Assembly: GCA_047967505.1 (NCBI GenBank)
Contig: CM106538.1
Direction: 5' to 3' (one strand)
Source: Dipteris shenzhenensis
Taxonomy: Eukaryota
DNA: 64,000 bases
Below the pieces are notes generated by a model. It made no database searches, was not told the origin of the DNA, and saw only the letters and a list, made by a program, of their open reading frames with translations. Positions 49,291 to 61,951 of the stretch are shown piece after piece. How positions within the stretch are numbered: position 1 is the stretch's first letter; each line of letters starts with the position of its first letter. Both the position numbers and the translations under genes were made by a program.

Positions 49291-52200
49291 AGAATTTACC
49301 GTGATATTTTCTACATCAGTTCATTATCTCCACCAGGGTCTTCTTTTGAGTGGGAGGGGATGTCACGATCTGTGACGTATTCCTTTCTCTCTTTCTAGAC
49401 TTATGGATGGTTCGATGAATGGACACTTGTGGAAGGGTACGTCCTTTCGACGGGACACTTCCTATAAGGCATAACCCTTCACAAGAGACATTCTAATGAA
49501 GAGACATTCCTATTGTAATGTACCCTCTTATCAAGGGTCACACCCTTCACAAGGGGTACACACCTCTTCATGCACATACCCTTTGGAGTACACACCTTTT
49601 CATGTGTGACTCTTCACTCTCTATATAAGAGAGGCCTAATTGTATGGATGACAACAACATCTATCCTACAGACATTCAAACAATACAATTATTCCTTGTT
49701 CTCTGCTATCTCAGTCTCCTTTCTGTTCCTTAGCACATTTCTAAATATAGTAAATCTAGGATTTCTTACAGCATTTCTGTGCTTGCTAGCATATTTAGGC
49801 TCAAATACTTTTGCAAGCTGAGCTGCCCTCTCAATTGTTTGAGGGTTATGTGCCTTCACATCTGCAGCGAGAGAATAATTTAACCCATGGATGAAATGCA
49901 CCAGCTTTCCCTTTTCAGATACGTCCTGCACAAACAAGGAAAGCCTCCAAAAGTGTTGCAAGTACTCTTGGACCATACCGGTCTGTGACAAGGCATAAAA
50001 TTCAGCCAAGTATTGATCCAATGTAAGTGGAGATACAAATGTAGTGACCATGAATTCTTTGAAACCCCTCCAAGTGGTTGGTCTTTGAGGCGAATCCCTC
50101 ATGTATCGCCACCATGTGTGGGCATAGTCCTGTATATGCATACTTGCAAAAATGATGCGCTCCTCCTCAGACTTGGAGTAGAAGCGGAAATAGTCTTCCA
50201 GCTTTGTGAGCCACTCCTCCAACTCATTGGGAGTGCGAGTGTCCCCTTTAAACTTATGCACTGTGAGTTTGTCCTTGATATCCTTGGCTGCATAATTCTT
50301 GTGTGTGTAACCTCCAGAAGTGCGGGCATCATCATGCTTGAGGTTCACATAATCGGAGAAGGGCATCTCAAGTTTGATGGCCTCAGTATGAACACAAAGA
50401 ATCTACCAACATGTCATCAAAAGTGGCTTGCTACCCACCACCAACTCCCTGTTGGCTAGAAGCTGCTACCATCTGATGCACTGGCTGCATCTGGCTATAT
50501 GTGCTCGCTGTCGAAGCGATAGGTGCATGAACCCTGGGCTGGGTCTTTCTGCCAAATGCATCTCTCTGAAATGATGGCATACGAAAGGGCTGAGAAGAGG
50601 ACTGACCTCTCTCCCAGGGGTGTGGGTTGCCATATAAACCAAAGCTAGCTCCAGGCATACTCGCTGGTGCTGTGAAAGGAGCACTAACTGGATGCACACC
50701 AACGGGTTGGCCCAAAAGAGACGGCTCAGCTTGCATAGATGCAGAAAGCTGTGAGCCAAAAGATGGCCCGATATCCTGCAAGAAGTACATGTTTTTTTGT
50801 GCTCTGGTACTTGGACTATATATACCAAGTACTTGTGCTTCATTTGGTTGAACATTTTAGATGGAGTTCACTTGTGCTCACTTCTTGTTCTTTTGTGTTC
50901 ACAACTATTCTCCATTCTTGTTCTTACACTCCTATTGCACTTCTGTCGCAGAGAAGCGAGTTCTGCTTGCAAGCTGCTATTTTTGAGCTCATCCACACTC
51001 GTTTGAAGCACATTGGCGATCGTATAGCTTCTGGACCAGCTCCCGTGTACCTCGCCATCTGCTCGTGCTCTTGCTGCCTGGAAACAAGTGCGTATAGCCT
51101 GTTTTGGAGTGCCCTTACAGTCCGTACATTAGTATGGACTGCTCGTCGTACAGTCTGTACAATAGTACGAACTGAAATCCGTACATCTGCAAACAGCCTC
51201 GGACTGCTGCCTCACCATCCGTACACAGTCTGGACCATTTCCATACATTTCCGTACACACGTACAGGTTCGCACAGTACGAACTTGCTGTCCGTACAGTT
51301 CACCTCTCCACCTCGCCTCTCTGGCTCGCCAATTTGCCTCGCCTGCTTGCCCGTTGCCTCTCCAAATCATTCACATCTCCAGCTCCTGATTCGACTTGGT
51401 TCGACTTTGCTCCTCCTATCCTTGCTTCAGCTCATTTTCAGCCTCTCCTAGTTGGTTCTTGCATAAAGTATTGCGCATGCGTCTTGCAGATTGCATTGCA
51501 TAGGTGTCAGTGTATTTGGGACAATTTTTGGCTACACATCGAGTGCAAGTTATTGCTCAGGTGTTGTGCATTTTTGAGGCCAAGTGTTGGCTGTAAGTTG
51601 ATGCACTTTTGGATGCCTATTGAGCAAGAGTTTGCTATTGCATTATGAGCCATTGTTTGGCTGAGATTCAGACTGTTTTTGGGGCAAAAGTACCTTGCAT
51701 TTGAGCCAGTGTTTGGCATTGCCTTTTGAGCTAGTGCTTGGCTGTGATTGAGGACTACTTTTGGGGCAGAAATATAGTAGCTTGATTGCATTTTGTATCC
51801 CAGAAGGGATTGAAGTTTGAGCAGATTTTTTGGGGCAGATTTACTGCTATTCCAGAGCAGCCACTGTCAACGAATGCCATTGCAGTGATTGCATAGCAGT
51901 TTGTGGTCTTTCAGTTGTCCATTTGCTGTCTTTTCCATTGCAGGTACACTTGCATTTATTCTTGAGCTGTAATCATGTCTCGCAATGAGAATGTTGGCAC
52001 CATGACTGAGGCAGATAAGTTGGATGGACCCAACTATGCTTTGTGGTCATTTACACTAAGAATATCTTGGTTGGAAAGGGCTTATGGGACATTGTGAATG
52101 GGGATGAGTCTAGACCTGGTGCATCTTCCACTTTTGGCACTCCCACTCAGTCTTCTACTACCACTCCCACGGAGGATCATAAGAGGTTTGATTGCAGGGA

Positions 52201-52966
52201 TGCTCAAGCATTGTCGTTGATTGCATTGTTTGTGAAGACACATATTAAGTCCACTATCAAGTCTTGCAAGACTTCAAAGGCAGCTTGGGATAGATTGAAA
52301 AGTATGTATAGTGTGAAGAATGAACCAAGAAGCGTTGCTTTGAATAATAAGCTCAATGACCTATCCATGCAGGAAGGTCAGAGTATTTCAGCTCATATTG
52401 CCAAGATTATTGACATTCGAGATGAGCTTGCAGGTATTGATAAAGATATCGAAGACAAGAAATTGGTCTCTATCACCCTTAATAGTCTGACACCCTCATA
52501 TGATACGTTTGTTACTTCCTTGACTATAGTGAGCAAGCACTTGCCACTCATGGAAAGGCAATTTCAGAAAAAGACCAGCCATGCTTATCAGCCCAGGAAG
52601 GAGGGGAATGCAAACACAAATAGGGAATGCAGATAAAGGTGCAAAGGTGAAGAAAGGCAGATGCAATTATTGCAAGAAGCCTCGTCAATACATTGCAGAG
52701 CGCCAGAAAAGGATTGCCAATGAGAAAAAGAGGCAATGCACAAGTAGTAATTATGTTGTACTAGCTGAAAATGCTAATGCTTCACCATCACATGCAAATT
52801 TTGCACAATAAGGAAAGGATTATGTATTTACTGCATTTCAGGACAGCTTTGGTGAAGGGGGGATTTAGTTGCACATGATGCTTCTCATGCTTTATCTTGT
52901 GATTCTTCATTTGCTGCCATAGATGCTTGGTATCTAGATAGTGGTGTATTGAAGCACATGACTCAC

Positions 52967-55900
52967 TTTTTTTTTTTGGGGTGAAATCTTTGATTGATTA
53001 TATTACATGAGTAGCAACCTCAAAACAAGGTGCTACAATTACATCAACTGAAAAATTTCAGTATATGCCAAAAAGACCTCATGATCTATGTAGCAGGTCT
53101 GCAAGCAATCAAAGAAAGATTGTTGCAGAGAACGCTTGAAAAAGCCAAACAGAGAGAAAGTAAGATCACCAAAGACTTTACAATTCCTATCTGTCCATAA
53201 AGTCCATAGTGTCCAGTAGCGAATCCAAACAAACAAAAGATGAAACTCCAGTCTGGATGGATGAAACCCAAATAGCCAAAAGAACTTTCCAAACGGAACA
53301 AATGGGAATCTCGTGTGCAGGCGTTGTCGAAGCAGATCAAAAAACTCACGAGAGCATGGATAGTGCCAAAACAAGTGAGGCATAGTCTCCGAAGAAGCAT
53401 AACATCTATGGCAAAGTGCAAGAGCAATGTGTCGATGAGCCAATAGCCGTCCAGATGGAAAAACTCCCAATAGAACTCGCCAAAAGAAAACCTGTTGCCG
53501 AAGCGGTACTTTATAGGCCCAAAGTTGCTGTACTCTTTTCCTCCACCACTTGGCTGGGCGATGCATTCGCCAAACAGAATCACCTCTCTCTGAAACCCAA
53601 GGTTGAGGCAAAAGGATTTTATACAATGCAGGCACAGTAAGTTGAGATAGCCTCAAAGGGCGAGAAGAGGACCATGGAGAAGTCAAAGTCCAATCTTCTA
53701 GGAGTTCCAAAGGAGGAACAAAAGGCGAAAGCATAGAAGTAATTTGTTGCCACAAAGGACGATAATGAGAGCCCAATCTATATTTGGTTGTTGCTAGAGA
53801 AAAAGGGAGCATAGTACCAGCATCATCAATAACATCAGCAACCGAGGTGATGCCTTTAAATGAGACAAAGTAGGAACGTCGAGGTTCTTGTAAAGCCAAG
53901 GGAGGCTGAAAGACTTTCGACTAGTGAATGCTTTCAGCTCTCAAAGAATTCCCAAGCAAAGATTGCCAACCATTCCATTCCAGATGAGAAAGAACATGCT
54001 TCTAGTCAAGAAGTAGGCGGGAGACAAAAGGGCAGCCAGGCAAAGTGCTGTTAGTGCAGCCAAAAAGGAAATCCCATTGATCAAGTTGCCAATGACCAAT
54101 CGCATAAATACTGATATGATTGACTGGAGATCTAATCATAAGAGCCCAAGGCTGATCACCTTGCAGAAATTGCAGCAACATTTTCTCCCTATGGGCAAGG
54201 ATATGCATGTGAATATCTGTGGTGTTCAATCCACCATGCATCTTGGGAGAACAAATGTGATGCATGGGAAGTAGCCTGAGACTTTTTCTTCCATGTTTGG
54301 ATTGCGAGAAGATTTCCATAAAGACAGACATGAAAGATGTAAGATCTGTCTTAGTGAACATGATAAATGGCAAGTAAAATTGAATATATTCCACAAGGAT
54401 GGACTGCACTATTTGAAGACGAACGTGCAAAGGCCAGGTTGCCAGTTTCCAATACTCAAGCTTTTTTTGAAGCTTAGCGAAAACCCAATCAGTTTGTTGT
54501 CGGCGAGTAAGTTCCCACCCCAAAGGGTAACCAAGATGATGAACAAATTGAGTGGGTGGAATGATATTCCCGGGCCATAAGAGACTATGCCAGTCTTTGG
54601 AATGCAAAGGGAGCAGCTTAGACTTCTGAAAATTAACATGAAGACCAGGTGCCAAACCATAAACGGAGAGGGCCTGCATCAAGGCACCAAGATCTTGGGG
54701 TGCATTCTTTGGGGTAAAGAAAGAATCATTAGCATAAAGAAAGAATCATCAGCATAAGCTTGAGCAACCATGCTGTGATTAGCATCCAATTCCAAGCCAT
54801 GAAGTGATCCTGTAGCCACAAGATGATCAATATATTGCAGCATAGGATGAGTAGCAATGGCATATAGTAAAGCACCTAGAGGGCATCCTTGGCGGACCGA
54901 ACAACGAAGAGTCCACTCATTAGAGATATCTCCAGAAAGAATGCAAGCCGCATTGCTATCTTTGTAAAGCCAGTAAATAACGTGCTGCATTTTTTGTCCA
55001 AACCCCAAAGCTCACATAGTTTGCGAGATGAAATCCCATTGAACTGTGTCAAAGGCTTTTGCAATATCTACCTGCAAGAGTAGAACATCCTGTTGCGTGT
55101 ATTTGGCATATTCAATCCCAATATAAGCATTGGCAATGTTATCTGTGATATGGCGATGTGGAACAAAGCCATATTGGGAGGGATGCAACCCATTATGCAA
55201 ATAACCTTTAATATGATCAACCACCATTTTGGCAATGATCTTGTAAATGACTGGCATGAGCGTGATTGGCCTCCAATTACCAAGTGAATCACATAGCTGC
55301 TTCTTTGGAATCAGCTTGAGAAGACCCTTTTTCCATGGCACAGGCATTTGCTGATTTTGCCATGCTGCATTTACCATTTGCAGCAAGGTGAATTTAAGAA
55401 GATCCCAGAAAGCAAGAAAGAATTCAACAGTGAGACCATCCCATCCTGGAGATTTCCATCTGCCACAGGATCTTAGTTCATCAGACAATTCCCTTTCAGT
55501 GAAGGGATGTTCAAGTTCCAAAGCCTGAGCATCAGACATAATTGGATGAACATGCTGCAAAAGAAGCTGACGTGCAGACACGACGCGAAGAGAAAAAGTA
55601 TCCACATGCCTAAAATGAGTGGAGAAGTGATGCACACATAAATCAGCAAGCTCTGAACAAGATGTTGAGTAAGAACCATCAGGCATCTGGATCCGACAGA
55701 TATTGGTAGCCTGTCTTTTGTAGTGTAAGCTCTTAAAAAATTGCTTGGAAGAGCAGTCTGTATCCAAAAAAGCTCGTTGTCTGGATCGGGTTTCCCATTT
55801 AGCAAGCTTTCAGTGATCATTGGATTGAAGAGAGAATTGAGCCTGACATAAGAGCATGCTTTCCTCTGAAGACAAATGGCGTGAAGATGAGCAAGCTCAG

Positions 55901-56467
55901 TCAAACTCTGACAAGTAAATTTGGCATGTGCTACAGTCTCCCTTGTGGCTTGCATATAGGATTTGCCATAATCCCTTATAACTGCTTGCATCCGAGCAAC
56001 AAAAGCCTGCTAGGCATAATCCAAACCAATGTGTATCTGACGAGAGAGAGGCTGAATAGCATAAGAGACCAAAGCTTTGAAGTCAGCATGCTCCAGATAA
56101 CTATTATTAATCAGCAAAAGCCTTTGGCAAGGCAATCTGTCAGTGGGAAATTCATGTAAGGAAAGCCTCAACCAAAGAGGAGCATGATACGAATGTGTGA
56201 AAGCATGATCAATCCAAATTTGATGAGTAAAGGCCTCACAATGCTGTGGATCAACTTGATACCATTTGTCCAAGCGTGCCCGATAAGAAGATCGAGCATT
56301 ATGCTGAAAGGTATAGCCCGGAAGCATGGGCTGTAATTCCTTCCAGAGATAAACTAGGCGCAACTGAAGCAAAAAATCAAACCATGCCTGTGTTTCAGAA
56401 GCCAACATATGAGTGTGGCCTAAGGTGTTGTCACCCGATTGAGGGGCATTATTAAAGTCACCACAAA
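52967..56467 (-). mobile_element. 5'-truncated L1-like LINE inserted in the copia protease region
   Basis: 17-bp TSD TGAAGCACATGACTCAC at 52950-52966 and 56468-56484. PolyT at 52967-52977. Motifs CGDFN, KSPGWDGL, WRPITL, DIAKAFD, RQGCPL, YADDS and CHRC...H. Confidence 0.96.
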
Positions 56468-57606
56468 TGAAGCACATGACTCACACAAAAGAGTGGTTTG
56501 AAGAAATCAAACCTGTTCTTGGCAGAGGGGTTACTTTGCCAATGATGCCACTTAGGGCATCACAGGAGTGGGAGATGTTCCCATCCTTCTGGATTCAGGA
56601 AAGAAAAAGTATATCCGTGATGTCTGGAATGTTCCTGACTTGAGGAAAAACCTTGTTTCCATTTCATCCATGGCTCATGATCAGGACATGTTTTGTGGAA
56701 TTCCAGGATGATCAATGCTGGATCAAGGATCCAAAGAAAGGGTATGAGATTGTGGCTACAGGTTCTTATGGAATAGCATGGGTCTTTACAAGCTTGATGC
56801 TCAGCCTTATAATCAGCATGCTATGGCTGTCTCTTCCTCTACGCCAGGTGATTTATGGCCTGCCAGGTTTGGTCATGCACATCACAGAGCTTTGGCATAT
56901 TTGCATGATCATAATATGGTTGAAGGATTGCCAAAATTGCTCAAGAGGTGTGTGAAGCTTGTGCTGTTGGAAAGTTGCATCGCCTACTGTTCCAAAAGGA
57001 TGGTCCAGGGCCAGTAAGAGCACAAAGGGTCTTGCAAATTGTGCATGATGATGTTTATAGACCAATGAATGTCACAGCCCATAGAGGGTATCGGTATTTT
57101 GTCACATTCATTGATGATTATTCTAGTTTCACTTGGATCTTTCTCATGAAAAGCAAATCTAAAGTGTTCAATTGGTAACAACATTGGCTGAGAACCAAAC
57201 CAATTCTAGAATTGGAACAATTAATTCAGACAAAGGGGGAGAGTATACTTCACATGCTTTTGAGAGATACTTGAAGGAGCATGGGATAAAGCATCACAAA
57301 ACAGTGCCATACATGCCTCAGCATAATCGGATTGCAGAGAGGAAGAATAGGACTCTCATGGAGATGACACGGTGTATGCTGAAATTTAAGAGAATGTCAA
57401 AAGCATTTTGGACATATATTCAAAATAGCTGTCCTACACAACCATTGGTTGACAGGACTCCTTTTGAGGCATTTTATGGGTTCAAGCCCAAGGTGAATCA
57501 CTTCAGAGTGTTTGGGTCTGTTGCATATGCTTTGGTACTAGTTGAGAAGCGATCCAAGCTTGATGATAAGAGCATCAAATGCATGTTTGTGGGGTATAGG
57601 AATGAA

Positions 57607-57925
57607 ACCCTTCCCAGGCTATGGCACGTATTTGGACCGACACAGTACACACTCTGATGGCCATATGGGCGAGCATGCAGGGATCCTCCAGAGCAGCCAC
57701 TGCCAGGAGAGTTACTTTTTTCAGAGTTTGGAGAGGATCTCCTTTCTTCTCTGAGTCTCCCTTAGGGGTGAGATGGCATTTTCAGCCTCTGCCTTGGTTT
57801 TTTATTAGCTCATTTTGAGCTGTTTTTTTTTTCCTCATGCATTGCATGATGTACTCCCGCATTTGAGCTTGCTCTTGCAGTTTTCATTTATACTTAATGA
57901 AGTAATTTTCTTGCAAAAAAAAAAA
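57607..57925 (+). mobile_element. ~315 bp polyA retroposon (LINE 3' end), copy 1
   Basis: Interrupts the copia reading VGYRNE|AE..RLYDP. Has a polyA tail and is closely similar to 62525-62842. Confidence 0.88.
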
Positions 57926-58674
57926 GCCGAGGCTTTAGGCTTTATGATCCAGCCATAAGGAAAGTAATCATAAGCAGAGATGTTTTGTTTGTAGAGCATG
58001 ATAGCATGCAGCCCATCAGTGAGGAGTTGCCTCCGTATGATGATACACCTCTGGATATCATTCAGTTTGAGGATGATGCTGATTTGGGTTCTCCAGTTGA
58101 TGTTCCCTCTACCTCTCAGACTCCAGCAGGGTTGCCATATGTTGAGGATTCTTTTCCCTCGAATGTTTCAGATTTTCAGCAGCCTCATGGGGAGGGACAG
58201 CCCAATATTTGGAAGCATTATCAGCGCCGTGCAGAGGATGTTATTCTAGATGCACTTCGAGATTCTATTCCCAGCGGGACATCTGAGAATTCAGTTCCTA
58301 GATGGGCTAGGTTGACAATTGCAGATGCTAAAGATCAGCCTGTATCTGGGAGAACCAGGGCTGGCACTCAGAATGCTAAGAAGCAGGTGAATTTTGCTCT
58401 CATGAACAAAGTGATGGAAGCGGAAACTGAGCCTCAGCGTTTTGAATATGCTCAGGGCAATCCAGTATGGCAGAAAGCCATGGAAGCTGAGATTAGATCC
58501 ATTCAGAAAAGAATGCTACATGTGACTTAATTGATGCGCCCATTGGCAAGAATGTGGTTGGCACCAAATGGATCTACAAAATAAAGTATCATGTAGATGG
58601 TACAATGGAGAAGTACAAATCCCGTTTAGTTGCCAAGGGGTATGCACAAGAAGGAGGATAGATTATAAGGAGAC

Positions 58675-59701
58675 TTTTTTTTTTTTTGGGCAAAGAAAGG
58701 AACCTTATATTAATGCTTGAAAGACTTCATACAAAACAACTGCCCCAAAGGTGCTGAGTATGGAATAACTGGAAAAAGGCTGAAAGAAAAACCGACGTGT
58801 TCTTCCAGAGAAACACAGCTCACTGCCTAGGGGATCTCTGGTACTGGGTCTAATAGCCAGGTGGGGGACTATACAATCAGCGAATCCCTCGCGGAGTGAA
58901 AATGTAAAAAACTCCTGCAGGCCAAGCCTTGTAGAATCGAGCACGCCTCACGACGGTCACCCTAGAGCATGGGGTCCCATGCTCCCAAGTGGAGCGGAGT
59001 GTATAGATGATATCTTGCCAGATGGCGACCAAGGTAGCCGAGGGTGGCACCGGATGCTCACCCATCACAAGATTGCAACGAGCAACCCAAATTTTCCACA
59101 CAGTGATAGTGGATACTACCTCCCATATGCTGCCCTCAATCCTCTGAATGCTCTGACCATGTATCCGGTAAAGCTGGGGAGATCTTATCAATCTGGAACG
59201 CCTATCCTCGCTCAGTCAATCAGGCCACCATCCCCCAAGTGTAGTCCCTCTGACGACTCTGCATACGGGTCATAATCCTGAGCCTCCATCTGAATCCTCG
59301 CTGCGCGACGACAGCTCGTGAGGCAATGCGGGATCGTTTTCAGAAAACCAGCAGAGCAACAGTGACATTGTCCCTCCAATTGCATCTGCTCCAACCATGG
59401 GCCGATGGGCAAGCCTTCGTGGGCGGCCAACCATAAGAACTAGGATATCTTCCTTGGTCGCAAACTGGACCATGACCACGTTGAAAACCTGGAACGGACA
59501 TCTTGGGACACTGTCTGGACCTCCCAATGCCTCTCCCTCGAAGGGGTCTACATTGAAGAGTCCATCTAAAACCTCATGCGGCCCTTCTTGCCACAATGGT
59601 AACACTCTCTGGACCACCCAATGCCTCTCTCTCGAAGGGGTCTACATCGAAGAGTCCATCTGAAACCTCATGCGGCCCTTCTTGCCACAATGGTAACACT
59701 C
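58675..59701 (-). mobile_element. 5'-truncated LINE 3' fragment with a 94-bp tandem duplication at its 5' end
   Basis: PolyT at 58675-58687. QCHCCS..TIPHCL zinc motif and WKIWVARCNLV. 59514-59607 is duplicated at 59608-59701. Confidence 0.85.
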
Positions 59702-59703
59702 AA

Positions 59704-61362
59704 TGTTCTGTGCCTTGGATTTGCTACAAGACTTTCCTCTTTCTTGGGTTTTCCCCCTAAACTGTGATTTGCTCCTTTGAACATTTAACGTTGCATCCTG
59801 CTTGCTGATTTCGTTTTTTTTGAAAAGAGGTTGTAATGCAATTGAACCTTCTATAGAGAAACAATAGGGTTTGCAGTGGAGCGATCAAAAATAGATGATA
59901 CTCAGACACAACTGAAGAACGGAACTCAGAAAACATAGTGCCTATTTGGTAATATGAAAAACCGAATACAAGAACCTCAAGCCGTCATGATTCAAGGACC
60001 GTCGCTGAGGTGAATCAGAAAGATGATTCCATGTAGAGAACAGTAGAAAAGATAGCAGCAGAGGGAGCGAAACGCAGTCCTCCGTGTAGCTTGATGATGA
60101 CGAAGATGATGAAGAGCTGGAGCTGCCCTAGAGGTAGGAGAGGATGGCAGCAGATGAAGAGGAGAAATGTGGAAGCTTGTCAGGCAGCAGTTAGGAGCAG
60201 ATCTGGAGCAGCAGCTGGAGGTTCAGGGCTAGATCTGAAGGAGAGGAATAGAGAGATAGAGGAGTTGGGGCAGAGCTGGAGCAGAGGAGTAGATCTGGAG
60301 CAGGAGGGGCTGCAGCAAAGGATGGAGGAGGTGAGGAGCAGCTGCAGGTCCAGTCCACTGAGAGTGAGGGGGTAGGGAGTCTTTTATAGGCCTGACCTAG
60401 GAGGTCAGCCAGCTGGTCGGTGGACCGGCCAGTTGGTCGGCCAGCTGGTTGGTGGGCTGGCCAGCTGGTCGGCCTGATTTTGGCCGATAGCATGGCCCTG
60501 TTGGCTGCTGGTTTGTTTGCCCCTAAATTGGGGATTGTAGTTGCTTAACACCCCCTCTCAATTGCCAATTTGGAGGGGCAGACATTGTGTGCTTGGAGCT
60601 TCGTGTAGAGATGTCGACGGTGGCTATCCCTGCGAAATGCCCAAGAGATGCAATGCAAAAATGCAGAGGTCACAAGAGGAGTGCCCTTGCAAGGGAATTG
60701 TTCACTTCCTCAAGTGCCTTAGTTACATGTATGATCAACAGAAATAAGAACACTGTGAAGCTCGAGAGAATAAGCCACCCCCTCTCACCGCTGAAAGGTG
60801 GAGGGAAAAGCAAAGGTAAAGAACAGATATGTCGTAGCAGCACTGATAATCCAGAGATGGTGGGATTCCGCCAAAGGAAGAGGTCGTAGCTGAACAGTGA
60901 GCCAGTGTGTGCCCGATCTTGGACCTCGGGAGAGAGGAGTCTACCCCACCTCCATGTTGGACAAGATTCGAAACAACAGTCATCAAGACACATTTGAACA
61001 GAAAGGGTCCCGCCTAGGGAGAACTTGTAGATCTTGGAAGTCGATGCCGATGGTGGTAGAGGTGAAGGATCATGACCTCCTTGTTCGAAGGAATGGGGAG
61101 GGTCAAGCCTGAAACCGAAAAGGGAGGGAGGGATGGGAGTAGAAGATGGAGGTTAGAAAGGGAGGGATGGGAGTAGAAGATGGAGTTTAGAAAGGGAGGG
61201 ATGGGAGTAGAAGATGGAGTTTAGAAAGGGAGGGAGGGATGGGAGTAGAAGATGGAGTTCTCTCCCGTAGTGCGCAATAGAATGAAGAGGATTTTGATAT
61301 GTTCATAGGAGTGATGCTCCCCGTACCTATGCCACTAAATTGGGGATTGTAGTTGCTTAACA
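59704..61362 (-). mobile_element. Non-coding LTR element: 28-bp 5' repeat, ~785 bp internal region, PPT, ~847 bp 3' LTR
   Basis: TGTTAAGCAACTACAATCCCCAATTTAG occurs at 61362-61335 and 60550-60523. PPT TTGAGAGGGGG precedes the second copy. TATAAAA at ~60388. Putative LTR end ...GAACA at 59704. Confidence 0.6.
61121..61259. repeat. Purine-rich tandem repeat, 33-37 bp x4
   Basis: Units of gggagggatgggagtagaagatggag(t/g)ttagaaa. Confidence 0.9.
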
Positions 61363-61599
61363 CCTTCTAGTACAATCTTTATTGTGAGCAAGTTAAGCTT
61401 TGTAAAACTAATATAATAATTGAAACTAAGTCTTGTAAGAAAATTTGAAGTAAAAATCTATTACAATATGAGGATTTTCTAAAATAAGCTTCTATAGTGA
61501 ATTGTATTTGCTGGGAGCAAATCGTCATGTTTAAAGAAATCAAGAAATAATAATATTAACACCTATGGAGAGAAAAATTGACCAACTACATATATTGGT

Positions 61600-61951
61600 T
61601 TGATAACTCTCTAGTGTATACTATGAAAGATCATAGTGGTAGGGAGAGAAGCAAGCTAACACTACGAATGGAAAGGAAAGATAACAAGCATAATGGAAAT
61701 GAAATGGAAAGAAAATGAAAGCAATGGACAAGTACTCACATGATACCAAAAGAGCTTGATGTTGACTGATGTGTAAAGACTCAAGACAAGTACAACACTA
61801 TATAGTGTGACACTAGACTCTAGAAAGCCATAGTGTATATGGGATAACTCCCAATATGACACGTGGCATGTCTAGGACTCACTAGACTATAAAACACACC
61901 TAGACCACCTAGAACACTAATTTTAGACTCACTTTGGCTTCATATTCCAAC
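61600..61951 (-). mobile_element. Probable copia-type solo or partial LTR
   Basis: The minus strand starts TGTTGGAATATG at 61951, has TATATA at ~61800, and continues into a CT-rich stretch. The distal end is unclear. Confidence 0.5.

Larger units (their letters stand above)
43073..49770 (+). mobile_element. Element D: Ty3/gypsy chromovirus with asymmetric terminal repeats
   Basis: TSD GCATT at 43068-43072 and 49771-49775; removing D restores A's gag frame (ASKHRNA-MGSS). Repeats are 43073-43415 and 49361-49683. PPT GAGTGGGAGGGGA at 49348-49360. Confidence 0.93.
33554..50790 (-). mobile_element. Element A: Ty3/gypsy chromovirus (gag-PR-RT-RH-INT-chromodomain), host of elements B and D; 5' LTR not found
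   Basis: gag at 50790-49776 continues at 43072. CFKCGEKWTLAH knuckle, VDSGSTH protease, RT at 37152-37761 ([16 protein letters not shown]), RH at 36655-37120 and INT at 35187-36686. Chromodomain YLIKWQG..ENSWQPE. PPT at 35049-35061, then the LTR starts TGTAATG at 35048. The left end is uncertain (33554 or 34908). Confidence 0.88.
50790..58674 (+). mobile_element. Element C: Ty1/copia (leader, gag, PR, INT, start of RT), interrupted by a LINE and a retroposon
   Basis: gag ATG at 51975 (KLDGPNYALW), CNYCKKP knuckle remnant, WYLDSG at ~52930, CEACAVGK, TFIDDYS, SDKGGEY, AERKNRTL and KSRLVAKGYAQ. TATATATA at 50817. Termini unresolved. Confidence 0.9.

Noticed and set aside
61121-61259. CRISPR-like appearance of short repeats (also at 28975-29110)
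   Set aside because: The repeats lack unique spacers, no cas genes are present, and the context is eukaryotic.
59704-61362. Retrozyme (hammerhead-bearing non-autonomous LTR element)
   Set aside because: No CTGANGA...GAAA core with flanking stems was found by eye.
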